Counted from the stretch's first letter, positions 47,645 to 57,582 are shown. The stretch is 64,000 bases of DNA from Allocoleopsis franciscana PCC 7113 (GCF_000317515.1 NC_019738.1:2001623-2065622); one strand, 5' to 3'. Notes: generated by a model not told the origin, from the sequence alone. Made by a program: numbers and translations.

Positions 47645-49570
47645 ATGGTTGCGGCTACCCGTTTTACTTCTCGATTTACCAACCTTTTCAAGGAACACCC
47701 CGATGCAGTCGCCGCGATCACCTGTGGAGTTCTGGTATTTTTAGGCTGGCAAATGCTCAACTTTGGTTGGCTGGGAGTTGCCCTTTTCATTCTGACGGCG
47801 GCTTATGTGATTGGTGGGTTTGAAAGTGCCCGCGAAGGGTTGACAACCTTATTTAAGGAAAAAGAATTCGATGTAGACCTGCTAATGATTGTGGCAGCGT
47901 TGGGAGCCGCAGGTTTGGGACTCTGGCGACAAGAATATTATCTGATTGTGGATGGGGCGGTTCTGATCCTGATTTTTGCCATCAGCGGGGCGTTAGAAGG
48001 GTATGCGATGCAACGGACGGAGCGTAGTATTCAGGGATTGATGAGCCTAACCGCTGATACGGCGCGAATGGTGCGGAATGGGCAGGAGAGAATTATCCCC
48101 GTTTCAGAACTCAAAATTGGGGATCAAGTTCTGATCAAACCAGGAGAATTAGTGCCAACAGATGGCTTAGTTATAGAAGGATTTAGCACTCTCAACCAAT
48201 CTTCCATTACAGGAGAATCGATTCCTGCCGAGAAAACGGTTGGGGATGAAGTCTTTGCAGGTACGATTAATGGTCATGGCGCACTGCGGCTCAAAATTCA
48301 TCAACCGCCCGAAAGTAGCTTAATTCAGCGAGTCATTCGTCTGGTTCAGCAAGCCCAAACGGAAGCACCGCCTTCTCAGCAGTTCATTGAACGATTTGAG
48401 CGCGGCTACGCCAAGTTGATTGTAATTGCCGGAATCTTGTTGGGTACATTACCGCCGTTTCTGTTGGGCTGGAACTGGGAAGAAACCATTTACCGGGCAT
48501 TGATTTTCCTGGTCGTTGCCTCACCCTGTGCGCTCATGGCTTCGATTATGCCGACGCTGCTCTCCGGTATTGCTAATGGAGCGCGTCACGGCATCCTGTT
48601 TAAGAACGGGGCACAGTTGGAGCGGATTGGACGAGTGCGGGCGATCGCCTTTGATAAAACTGGAACGCTGACCATAGGAAACCTTCAAGTCGTGAACGTT
48701 CTCTCAACTCAGCCATCCACCGACAAACTTCTGCAAGTAGCGGCGGCACTGGAAAGCTTGTCAGAGCATCCGATTGGAGAGGCGATCGCTCAGTTCGCCA
48801 GTCAGCAAAACCTGCACTGGACAACAGCCGTGAACGTTCAAGCCCAGGCAGGACAGGGAATCACTGGAGAAATCAACTCCAAGATGGCGATCGTTGGTAA
48901 AGCAGCGTTTGTCCAGGCGCAAATGAACGATGCTGCAAAAACCCTGATAGAGCAGAGCCAACAGTGGGAATTTGACGGCAAAACTGTGGTTTGGGTTGCC
49001 TATGCCAGAGAAATCTTAGGCATCATTGCCGTTGCGGATACGGTACGACCGGCAGCCGCAAAAGCGATCGCCCGATTAAAACGGTTAGGAATTGAGCAGA
49101 TTGTGATGCTAACTGGAGATAACTCGCGTACCGCCCACAGCATTGCTCAACAGGTTGGAGTCGATCAGGTTTATGCAGAGCTTTTGCCCGAAGAGAAAGT
49201 TGATATCATTCGCAAACTCCAGAAGCAGTATCAGGCAGTAGCAATGATTGGAGACGGCATCAATGATGCTCCTGCCCTGGCTCAAGCGGATGTGGGAATT
49301 GCGATGGGAGCCGCAGGTAGTGATGTGGCGTTGGAAACGGCAGATATTGTATTGATGGCGGATCGTCTGGAGCGACTAGAACATGCGATTCGTCTGGGTC
49401 GTCGCGCTCAAGGTGTGGTAAAACAAAACATTGTGTTTGCCTTGAGCTTCGTGGTAATTCTGTTGATTACAAACTTTACAGGTAATATCACCTTGCCGTT
49501 AGGAGTCTTGGGGCATGAAGGCTCAACGGTAATTGTGACATTAAGTGGATTGCGATTGCTGAGAGGTTAA
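47645..49570 (+). CDS. coaT: P1B-type heavy-metal ATPase, CoaT-like cobalt exporter (SPC motif, no N-terminal metal-binding domain)
   Basis: VVASPCALMAS (SPC motif), DKTGTLT, GDGINDAP, HEGSTVIV. 641 aa. Divergent from coaR. Confidence 0.85.
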   Translation: MVAATRFTSRFTNLFKEHPDAVAAITCGVLVFLGWQMLNFGWLGVALFILTAAYVIGGFESAREGLTTLFKEKEFDVDLLMIVAALGAAGLGLWRQEYYLIVDGAVLILIFAISGALEGYAMQRTERSIQGLMSLTADTARMVRNGQERIIPVSELKIGDQVLIKPGELVPTDGLVIEGFSTLNQSSITGESIPAEKTVGDEVFAGTINGHGALRLKIHQPPESSLIQRVIRLVQQAQTEAPPSQQFIERFERGYAKLIVIAGILLGTLPPFLLGWNWEETIYRALIFLVVASPCALMASIMPTLLSGIANGARHGILFKNGAQLERIGRVRAIAFDKTGTLTIGNLQVVNVLSTQPSTDKLLQVAAALESLSEHPIGEAIAQFASQQNLHWTTAVNVQAQAGQGITGEINSKMAIVGKAAFVQAQMNDAAKTLIEQSQQWEFDGKTVVWVAYAREILGIIAVADTVRPAAAKAIARLKRLGIEQIVMLTGDNSRTAHSIAQQVGVDQVYAELLPEEKVDIIRKLQKQYQAVAMIGDGINDAPALAQADVGIAMGAAGSDVALETADIVLMADRLERLEHAIRLGRRAQGVVKQNIVFALSFVVILLITNFTGNITLPLGVLGHEGSTVIVTLSGLRLLRG

Positions 49571-49952
49571 TAGACCTCTTGCAAAAGTCGCGGCTGAGGT
49601 ACTATGAGAGCTAAAATTATGCGCTCGCAACAAAAGAGTCAGCGATCGCCTCGCTCCATTCATAAGTAAAAAGCGAGCGCTGTTGACACTCTTTCCAGAA
49701 TAACCCATCAGAACTAATGACATGAACCACTAGTAAGGGCGACCTTGATATTGCAAAAAGAGTTAGTGGGTTGATTCAATGCATTGACCAAAAACTAACC
49801 ATTATAGCATTTTTTATTTTTATGGCAATTATTTGCAATATTTATTTGTATTTTTTAACAAAATACTGCAATATAAAATTGAAGAGGGCAAACAAGAGAG
49901 ACGTACCTCAAACTGATTAACTGCTCAACACTAAAGGGTTTTTGGCAAAATC

Positions 49953-50915
49953 ATGACTTATACCATCGAGTCGGCTCAAGGCATTTTCCCTAATACTCAA
50001 ATTGCTAATGCGGTTCCAGCAACCACGGAAGCATACAATAAACTCAGCGTTGAGGATCAACTGGCATTACTCTGGTTTGCCTACACCGAAATGGGTACTT
50101 CTATTACTCGCGCCGCCACGGGAGCCGCCAGCATGATTCTAGCGGAAGGCTTACTCAATGAAATCAAGCAAATGCCTCGACAGGCTCAATCGCAAGCCAT
50201 GTATGATTTGGCTAGCAATGCTGACACTCCTATCGGTCGTACCTATTCCTCCTTCCGTGTCAACACCAAGCTAGGTTTCTGGTATGAGTTAGGGCAGTTG
50301 ATGAAACAGGGCGTAGTTGCTCCCATCCCCCCTGGTTATCAAATGAGTTCTGAAGCTGTTGGCGTGCTAGAAACGATCAAGAAACTCGATCCCGGTCAGC
50401 AAATCACAGTCTTGCGTAATACCGTAGTTAACATGGGATACGACCCAGATCTGAGCGAGGATTACGCAAAACGCGAAGCCCCCCGCAGCACACCGAAGGC
50501 ACTATCTGAACGTGTTCAGACCAAGATTGAGGGTATCGACAATTACACGGTATTAAACTACATTGACTACATGAATGCATTTGACTTCACACCGGCTGTG
50601 GGTCTATTTGCTGAAGAAGGTGCCCTGCAACCTCCATTCCAGAAGCCGATAGTCGGCAAGGCAGCTATTCTCACCTATATGCGTGAAGAATGTGTGGGAC
50701 TTAAGATGATGCCAGAGCGGGGCGTAGCCGAGACCATAGAAAATGGCTACACGCAGATTAAAGTGACCGGTAAAGTAGAGACTCCTTGGTTCGGTAACAA
50801 CGTCGGTATGAACATTGCGTGGCGGTTCTTATTAGATCCCCAAGGCAAGATTTTCTTTGTAGCGATAGACTTGCTCGCCTCTCCCAAAGAACTACTAAAC
50901 CTGATGCGGAAGTAG
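49953..50915 (+). CDS. ocp: Orange carotenoid protein (full-length)
   Basis: Near-colinear match to canonical OCP: GIFPNT, DQLALLWFAYTEMG, ITVLRNTVV, TPWFGNNVGMNIAWRFLLDPQGKIFFVAIDLLASPKELLN. Confidence 0.9.
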   Translation: MTYTIESAQGIFPNTQIANAVPATTEAYNKLSVEDQLALLWFAYTEMGTSITRAATGAASMILAEGLLNEIKQMPRQAQSQAMYDLASNADTPIGRTYSSFRVNTKLGFWYELGQLMKQGVVAPIPPGYQMSSEAVGVLETIKKLDPGQQITVLRNTVVNMGYDPDLSEDYAKREAPRSTPKALSERVQTKIEGIDNYTVLNYIDYMNAFDFTPAVGLFAEEGALQPPFQKPIVGKAAILTYMREECVGLKMMPERGVAETIENGYTQIKVTGKVETPWFGNNVGMNIAWRFLLDPQGKIFFVAIDLLASPKELLNLMRK

Positions 50916-50943
50916 AATACAAAGTTCGGCAAAATCCGTCTAG

Positions 50944-50972
50944 AAGGGCAGGTCTACACCTGCCTTTCTGCT
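50944..50972 (+). terminator. Rho-independent terminator candidate downstream of ocp
   Basis: Stem ggcaggt / acctgcc with loop ctac, followed by tttctgctt. Confidence 0.45.
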
Positions 50973-51124
50973 TAACTGGGCTTAAACGAAAATTAAGAGT
51001 AAACAGAAGTATAGTGCTTAACTGTACATTCGCCAATTAAATGTCGCAATTCAAGAGCGCGACATATATCATCTAAATTCGTGAAAGCTTTTCATCAGTT
51101 TTGATAACCAAATGATAGCCACTG

Positions 51125-51325
51125 TTAAGACTCAGGTGGTACTGGAGGCGTAGCACCTGAGTAGATGACTGCTGCTTTCCCTTGCCTACGGGCTACCTTG
51201 ACCGCTTCCATTGCTTCATCCCAGCTAGGATAGGCGAGGTACTGCCATTCTCCAGTGTTGTTGCCTTCTATAGCAATTACGGTTTCCTCTTGCTTCCAGT
51301 CATCGCTGCGATCGCTATCGTTCAT
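51125..51325 (-). CDS. Small hypothetical protein (66 aa)
   Basis: Track ORF only. No recognisable motif. GC content matches the host DNA. Confidence 0.2.
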   Translation of the reverse strand: MNDSDRSDDWKQEETVIAIEGNNTGEWQYLAYPSWDEAMEAVKVARRQGKAAVIYSGATPPVPPES

Positions 51326-51772
51326 TAGAAGGATCGTAAACTATCTTTAGGTCATATCCTACCTTAATAGCGTTTCTCATGCTTCACAGACTATTCTCGA
51401 AGGATTAATCTAACAACCTGATAGCAATACTCGATCTGTAACATCTAGTCAACATAAACACTTAAGCTTATTACCTTTTAGGTGTGTGATAGCTTTGCTA
51501 TTCATCTAAATTACTCATTTATCAATTATTCAGCTTAGTAATTTATTTACTGATTCCTACTTTTTTAGGTAACTGGATTTATCTGGCAAGTATAAAGAAT
51601 CAGGTAAGTTTAAGTAGAAGATTAGACATAAGTTTAAGTGTAAGTAAAAGCTTAAGAATAACTATGAAATTGTCATATAATGACCTATTTTTTAATTTCT
51701 CATCTTGATATTCTGCTCTAGAGGACATTAGTAGGTAATTGTTTCTTACATTCCATTCTGATATAGCTATAG

Positions 51773-54538
51773 CTACGACTTAGGTAATCCTCCACTTCCT
51801 TGTAAATTCTCGAAAGCATCTTTAAGCTCAAACTTTTTTGGAATCTGACTTAGTGCAGCCATCTTTTCATGCACGATATCAAGATAACTATTTAAATCTA
51901 GTTGTCTTGCTTGTGCATACTGCTGTAAGCCAATTTTGGTCTTGTTAGCAGCATCCCTTAAGTTACGGTAGCGCCGTATTATTTCTACTGCTCGATATGC
52001 AAATATCGAATAAATATTTACCAACTCAGTAGGTAATGGCTGAAATGTTGTGAGTAATTTATCATGCTCTAGTGATGTTTTGTTTCGTATTTCTAGAAAT
52101 TCCTGACTAAGCATTAACGAATGTATGACCGCATAATGTATCGGTAGCATATTACTTGCTACATTACTAAATGAGTTAAGACCTAGAGAATTATTAATAT
52201 CTAGAATCTTATTTTGAAATTTAGTTGCATCTACCTTTGCTGGCAACTTACTATTTCTTAAAGTAAGAACTACTCTTTGTTCTACCATTGCTAGCTGAAA
52301 CAACAACGGTTTTACATACCCAGCAAGCTTGACTGAATAAATGGATATTTCTTTGGTCGGTTCATTAACAGATAATACTGAAATATCACGAGCATCTAGT
52401 AACTCATTAATTTTTATTTTCTGACGTTCTACTTGAAGATGGTGTTTAACTTCTATGATTGATTTTTTTTGTTTAACTTTTTGTTTAACAGGTAAAAGAA
52501 TATCATAAATTATTGCTAATTTGCCTACTCCTGCTTGAGGATAAGAAACAGATTCAGGATTGCTTGCTATGTTCTTATCTTCGGGAGATTTATCTTTAAA
52601 ATTACTTATTTGTTTGATTTCTCGATTGTCTTTTACTTCAAAAAAATGATTGCCATCTATTATTAGAGGCACAAAATCAAGATTAAAATAACTAGCTATT
52701 TGTTCATTCCATATCTTAATCGGTGTAAATTTATTTTTATTTCCTAAATTATATTTCTTGGCTAAATATTCCTTTAGTTGTTTATTGTCAGTATTAGTAA
52801 ATATTTTTTCAGCGTCTTTTAACTCCTTGATCTTTAAATATTTTGTACGACTGCAACTAACTGGTTGATTATTTTCTAATCCCCACTTATTTAATGCTAA
52901 TAATATACAACCAAAAGCAGTTAATCCATTACCTAACTCATGCTTTTTAGCTAACGAGGTAAATTTAGGTACTAATTTGCAAAATAATACAGACTTACCT
53001 TTAATATTTTGTATTATTAATGAACCAATTGCTTGAAATCTTAATTCATTTCTTTCATTATCTAATACAGATTTATCGCACCAAGCTATATCTACTAATC
53101 TGTTTTGAACAGGTGAAGCCTTTAATATTACAATAATGCTGCCTATTTGTTGCCGTATATATAGCGGAATATCAAGTAATAGATCATTTAAATTTCTATC
53201 ATTAATTGCACTTGCGCCTAGCTGATGTTGAGCTACGGAATTATATTTATTTTCTAAAATCAAAAAAAATCTATCATCCCTTGAAAATTCATAATTAATT
53301 CCTAGATTTCGTAATTTTTGTTCAGCGACATCTAGCATAGCTTGTAAGTCGCCTAAATGAGTTGGTTTGGAATTTACGGGGATTTTCTCAATTTCTTCTC
53401 CAATTAATCTAATTACTTGATTGGCAGAATCAATCCATTTCTCATTAGATAATGGCAATGGGCTAGGTGGATCAATAAAATTGACTGTCAAAATATCTCC
53501 TTGGATTTTTTGACTTGCTAATATACCGACAGCTAACATGAACCATTGAACATTGCTACTGTTGATAATTTTCCATATCAATTGTGAGAAGAAATCTTGA
53601 GACGGAGATGTTCGACGTAGTAATTCGCAGTTAATTCCTTTCTCATAGTTCAACTCTAATTTAAATAATTCTGATTTTTTTTGTGTCTTATCTATTACCG
53701 AATAAATAGAATTTTCACAACTAATAATTGAGTAGCGCTCATTTATGAATAGTGAGCTGCTGCCATCTCCTCTGTTGAAGTTAGAAACATAAGGTTGATA
53801 TTCTTTCTTTTTAAAATTAGTTTTAAATTGTTTTCCAGATCCCCAATCAATATCAATAATTATTTGAAGAGTTTTTTCAATAGTTTTATTAAAAAACTCT
53901 TCTTTGTTTGACTGTATTTGTGCTTTGATGATGCTTTCTTTAGCTCTGCTAGGAATTAATTCAAAACTTTCAATAACATGATTAATTGCATACTGAATAA
54001 GCTTTTCTAAAATATGTCTATTCATGTCAATAGACAAAATATTTAATACAGCTATACAATGTGCAGGATTATTAGAAGAATTATTTCGTATCCAGTCTTC
54101 TAACTCTTCCCATTCTTCTTTAATATTTTTGTTAGCATCAAATTTAATGAATTTCTTTTTAATTTCGTTTGAAATATATTTAAGACAATGAATATTACTT
54201 ATTGTACTTGTTATCTCTTCATAAGAACTATTTATACTTGAGAATATAATCTTTTCAAATTCATTTTGTATACCTTCTAAATCTTGTCCTTGATTTTCAT
54301 TAGTATTTATATTAACTGCGGCGTTATTGCTAGATGATTTAACTCTAAGATCACAGCTTTTATCCTCAACATCGTAGTGAGCGAAATAACTTGATTTTGA
54401 TTTTCTCCAATGAACAAATTGATAACATTCAGGACAGTACAACTTCCATTTTCTGCAAAGTTTATGAGTTAGTTCTGGTTGGTTAGCGTCAATTTTCTTA
54501 CTAGCATATTGTCCAGCAAGAGCTTTAGCTTTATCCAT
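51773..54538 (-). CDS. Large hypothetical protein (921 aa) with an N-terminal Cys/His cluster. Island cargo.
   Basis: Long uninterrupted ORF in AT-rich DNA. N-terminus CRKWKLYCPECYQFVHW...FAHY...C. No family recognisable by eye. Confidence 0.5.
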   Translation of the reverse strand: MDKAKALAGQYASKKIDANQPELTHKLCRKWKLYCPECYQFVHWRKSKSSYFAHYDVEDKSCDLRVKSSSNNAAVNINTNENQGQDLEGIQNEFEKIIFSSINSSYEEITSTISNIHCLKYISNEIKKKFIKFDANKNIKEEWEELEDWIRNNSSNNPAHCIAVLNILSIDMNRHILEKLIQYAINHVIESFELIPSRAKESIIKAQIQSNKEEFFNKTIEKTLQIIIDIDWGSGKQFKTNFKKKEYQPYVSNFNRGDGSSSLFINERYSIISCENSIYSVIDKTQKKSELFKLELNYEKGINCELLRRTSPSQDFFSQLIWKIINSSNVQWFMLAVGILASQKIQGDILTVNFIDPPSPLPLSNEKWIDSANQVIRLIGEEIEKIPVNSKPTHLGDLQAMLDVAEQKLRNLGINYEFSRDDRFFLILENKYNSVAQHQLGASAINDRNLNDLLLDIPLYIRQQIGSIIVILKASPVQNRLVDIAWCDKSVLDNERNELRFQAIGSLIIQNIKGKSVLFCKLVPKFTSLAKKHELGNGLTAFGCILLALNKWGLENNQPVSCSRTKYLKIKELKDAEKIFTNTDNKQLKEYLAKKYNLGNKNKFTPIKIWNEQIASYFNLDFVPLIIDGNHFFEVKDNREIKQISNFKDKSPEDKNIASNPESVSYPQAGVGKLAIIYDILLPVKQKVKQKKSIIEVKHHLQVERQKIKINELLDARDISVLSVNEPTKEISIYSVKLAGYVKPLLFQLAMVEQRVVLTLRNSKLPAKVDATKFQNKILDINNSLGLNSFSNVASNMLPIHYAVIHSLMLSQEFLEIRNKTSLEHDKLLTTFQPLPTELVNIYSIFAYRAVEIIRRYRNLRDAANKTKIGLQQYAQARQLDLNSYLDIVHEKMAALSQIPKKFELKDAFENLQGSGGLPKS

Positions 54539-54714
54539 GCTTGAAACTCCTAATATTTAGGTCTGTTTATAAGTTATCTAATTTTTATCGTATTAGAAAG
54601 TAAAATCTTAAAGCAACGCTGGTTTCTTCTAAACTAATCACTTGAATTCGATAGTAGATGCATCCTGATTTTCTATGTAAGCTCGTTCTTACTAACTTCC
54701 GCAGATATTAATCA

Positions 54715-55008
54715 TTACTTACAATCCTTATCTGCTAAGTTAATCTCTGCATTAACTAACTGTAAATCCTTATTATTGTTTATCTCCTTTAGAGCTTTAA
54801 ATTGTAAAGAAGCTTTATTATGTTTTTTCTGCTTAATGGCTTTACAGAAAGTATCATATCTATCTTTACTTTTTACTTCACCTCCAGCATTTTCATATAC
54901 TTGATTATCAAACTTATCTCCTAGCTGTTGCTTAATCTTGTCTGTATGGCTGCTACATGACGTTAGAAGCAATGATAAAACAATTAATGATGGAATATGT
55001 TTTAACAT
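54715..55008 (-). CDS. Small lipoprotein (97 aa), hypothetical
   Basis: Signal peptide with lipobox LLLTSC. Lys-rich mature part. Confidence 0.4.
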   Translation of the reverse strand: MLKHIPSLIVLSLLLTSCSSHTDKIKQQLGDKFDNQVYENAGGEVKSKDRYDTFCKAIKQKKHNKASLQFKALKEINNNKDLQLVNAEINLADKDCK

Positions 55009-55376
55009 GATAAGTCTCCTTAAATAAGCTCAATCTATTTAATCATCTTCAGCGCAGTTTTAATTGTTATACCTGTAGATTGCAGTGATCGCTTCATTAA
55101 AGCTTGAATAGGTTTCAGATTACCTTCTTTGGCAAGAAGTTGCAAAAGAGTCTGTTTATTAGACAGAAGATAAAAACTTCTCTTTTTGCTTGTTTAAGTA
55201 TTAGTGCTTATCTTTTCCAAGATAATCTCTACTAATTACGTTAGTGTGATTTCCATCAACTAAAACTGTGATTTTAATAGTTGAATTTTTTATTGTCTTA
55301 TGAGTTTAAATATTAAAAATACTCCTACAACCAATAAAGCTATAGGAGCATCTTGCTAAATTATCACAAACCTAAT

Positions 55377-55574
55377 CTATTGCTGATCGGGTTCGACTGG
55401 TCTAATCATCTCTTCAAGCTGCTGTAACTGTTGCTGTAAATCCTCGAAGTCTTCTGTGAATTTTTGCTCCAGTAACAACAATTGATTGATATGAATATTT
55501 GTGATTAACCTCAATCTTTCTTGAATGTAGTTAACCTTGTCTATCAATCTCAGACTAGCCGTATTTTCTGGCAT
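55377..55574 (-). CDS. Small hypothetical coiled-coil protein (65 aa)
   Basis: Track ORF. Gln/Leu/Glu-rich heptad-like sequence. Low support. Confidence 0.2.
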   Translation of the reverse strand: MPENTASLRLIDKVNYIQERLRLITNIHINQLLLLEQKFTEDFEDLQQQLQQLEEMIRPVEPDQQ

Positions 55575-55726
55575 GATATATTTGCTCCTTCGCTTGGCGC
55601 TTCAAGTGGAGTGAGTAGTCCAGCAGTAGTATTCCCAGTACTAGCTGCTGGGCGTTAGATGCAATAATTATTGTGTGAATGGAATGTTAATTCCATGTAC
55701 ATCATAATCACACAGTATGTACATTA

Positions 55727-55903
55727 ATGGCAAGTAAATCTAAATTAGTAAGGCTCTCAGTTAACATAACTCAAAGCCAGATGCACAAATTGGAGAGATA
55801 TGCTGAACAAAATGAATGGACTAAGACCCAAGCAGTGCAGGAATTAATCAAAGCTATACCTGAATCCAAGCTGAAAGCAGATGACAGTGAGGAAAATGAG
55901 TAA
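55727..55903 (+). CDS. Small ribbon-helix-helix-like protein (58 aa), not in the ORF track (<60 aa)
   Basis: MASKSKLVRLSVNITQSQMHKLERYAEQNEWTKTQAVQELIKAI... has a beta-strand then two-helix pattern typical of CopG/Arc-type RHH regulators. Upstream of the integrase. Confidence 0.3.
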   Translation: MASKSKLVRLSVNITQSQMHKLERYAEQNEWTKTQAVQELIKAIPESKLKADDSEENE

Positions 55904-56110
55904 TTATTACTAGCTTCTCTATGGCTCTAGAAGACGATCGAAACTAGTTTTAGGTCTTGAACTACCTAGAGCAGTTGAGTTATTTGTCTGTATTTAGTGT
56001 TTTTCTAGTGTAGGGATGCCTTAGAGAGAATAATTTAATCGACATAGATATAGAAAAGGATAGTAGAAACTAAAAACTACTATCCTCTTAAGGTTAATTA
56101 GCTGATTTCA

Positions 56111-57286
56111 TTAGAATTCAGGTACTTGCACATGAGCAGTAATACCAGCATAATGCTTCATAATTATTTCTGGTGAATTTCCTGCCCACTTCGCTACCTG
56201 CACAACACTAACTCCAGCTTCTAAACACTGCGTAATAAACGTATGGCGTGTATTGTATTGAGTACGATAACGGCTTATTTTTCCTTCCTTGACAAGCTGT
56301 GTAACAATTCCATCATTTCTATCAGAACGTCCTTTCCATGCACTATCAATGAAATGACCAGAACGAATAACTCCACCTTTCTTACTTGGAAAAACTAATG
56401 CTTCAGGATTACAGGCATTAGGTTTAATACTCAGTAACAAAGCTTGCAAAGTAGCATTACAAGGAAATTTACGGCTTTGATGTGTTTTACAGTCTTTACG
56501 GATTTTCAATTGAGTACTAACTGATTCAGAGAACGTAATTGTTCTACAATCCGCAGAAATATGTTTCCACTGCAATCCTACCGCTTCACCAGTACGGCAT
56601 CCAGTCATAAATAAGAACTTGACGAATGGAACATAATAGGAATAGAGAGAATGTTCCTCAAAAGCTTTGATGATAATATCTCGTTCTTCAGCAGTGAATG
56701 GATCGATAGTATCTGTTTCATCCTTTACTACCTTAATTTTCTGTGCCATGCCATGAAACGGATTACTGGAGATTAAGCAAGAATCAACTGCCCAGTCGCA
56801 ACAAGCTGAAATTTGAGTTAGAGTTCTTCTTGCCGCATCATTAGACAACTTACCTACCAGAAAATCTCGAATCTGAACAGCATCGCTTAGAGTCTTTGTC
56901 GGTAGCTTGGCAATATGATTCCGTACTGCTGCATATTGAATCTTGAGCGTTGTCTCAGCAATCAGAGGTTTTCTATACTCGGTGTACTGTTCCCATAGTT
57001 CCGAAAGTGATAGCGCTGGTTGAGCTTTAATTGCTTGTACAACTGTTAAATGATGCTGTGGCTTATAGCTAGCCAAGGTAGAATCAAACGTTCCACGGCT
57101 GATATCATCCTCAATCTGCCATGCTATCTTCTGAGCTTTCTTGCTGTTTTCTGGAGTATCCTGCCAGCCAGTAGAGATATATCTGTTCTTAGTTTCAATA
57201 CTACGAGGTAAGCGCAGACGTAATTTACCTCTGAAGCTCTCAACCCCTACTGTTCCTTTCGCTGCTTTGGTTTGTGTAGTATTCAT
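56111..57286 (-). CDS. Tyrosine-type site-specific recombinase (phage integrase family)
   Basis: C-terminal catalytic region RHTFITQCLEAGVSVVQVAKWAGNSPEIIMKHYAG (H-x-x-R ... Y). Adjacent to a tRNA gene. Confidence 0.85.
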   Translation of the reverse strand: MNTTQTKAAKGTVGVESFRGKLRLRLPRSIETKNRYISTGWQDTPENSKKAQKIAWQIEDDISRGTFDSTLASYKPQHHLTVVQAIKAQPALSLSELWEQYTEYRKPLIAETTLKIQYAAVRNHIAKLPTKTLSDAVQIRDFLVGKLSNDAARRTLTQISACCDWAVDSCLISSNPFHGMAQKIKVVKDETDTIDPFTAEERDIIIKAFEEHSLYSYYVPFVKFLFMTGCRTGEAVGLQWKHISADCRTITFSESVSTQLKIRKDCKTHQSRKFPCNATLQALLLSIKPNACNPEALVFPSKKGGVIRSGHFIDSAWKGRSDRNDGIVTQLVKEGKISRYRTQYNTRHTFITQCLEAGVSVVQVAKWAGNSPEIIMKHYAGITAHVQVPEF

Positions 57287-57417
57287 TCGTTGGATATCAA
57301 AACTCTAGCGCGTCACAACGACGATAGCCAGTTGATAGCCAAAAAGACAAGATATAGCCAAAAATAAGTTAAGGATTCCAGCTAACATCTAAGCTAGAAC
57401 CCTTACCAGATATTAAA

Positions 57418-57499
57418 TGCGGATGAAAGGACTTGAACCTTCACACCTTGCGGTACTAGAACCTAAATCTAGCGCGTCTGCCAATTCCGCCACATCCGC
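57418..57499 (-). tRNA. tRNA-Leu (anticodon UAG), class II with long variable arm
   Basis: Reverse complement GCGGATGTGGCGGAATTGGCAGACGCGCTAGATTTAGGTTCTAGTACCGCAAGGTGTGAAGGTTCAAGTCCTTTCATCCGCA. Acceptor stem GCGGATG/CATCCGC. Anticodon loop TTTAGGT. T-loop GGTTCAAGTCC. CCA not encoded. Confidence 0.8.
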
Positions 57500-57582
57500 T
57501 TAACTTGCATTAGCAATCATAGCAAAAACTTGAGATTATTGAACACACTCAGGCAAAAGAATTCCAGACAGCCTAGCCTCCA

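Larger units (their letters stand above)
51340..57417. mobile_element. AT-rich integrated genomic island next to tRNA-Leu (left boundary approximate)
   Basis: Sharp drop in GC from about 51340. Tyrosine integrase lies directly beside the tRNA 3' end. Contents are hypothetical. Confidence 0.5.

Noticed and set aside
50747-51040. ORFs overlapping the ocp 3' end on both strands
   Set aside because: Overlap the strongly supported OCP CDS and its terminator. No features.
50916-51124. FRP gene downstream of ocp
   Set aside because: No ORF with FRP-like size or sequence on the plus strand. The only nearby ORF (51125..51325, minus strand) has no resemblance.
51600-51660. Short repeats taagtttaagt / gtaagt resembling an array
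   Set aside because: Only two imperfect copies of about 10 bp, with no regular spacer structure. Not a CRISPR array. No CRISPR repeats seen anywhere in the window.
51340-51800. Search for an attR copy of the tRNA-Leu 3' end at the island's left edge
   Set aside because: No convincing match to ggatgaaaggacttgaacc found by eye in this interval. The boundary is left as approximate rather than called.
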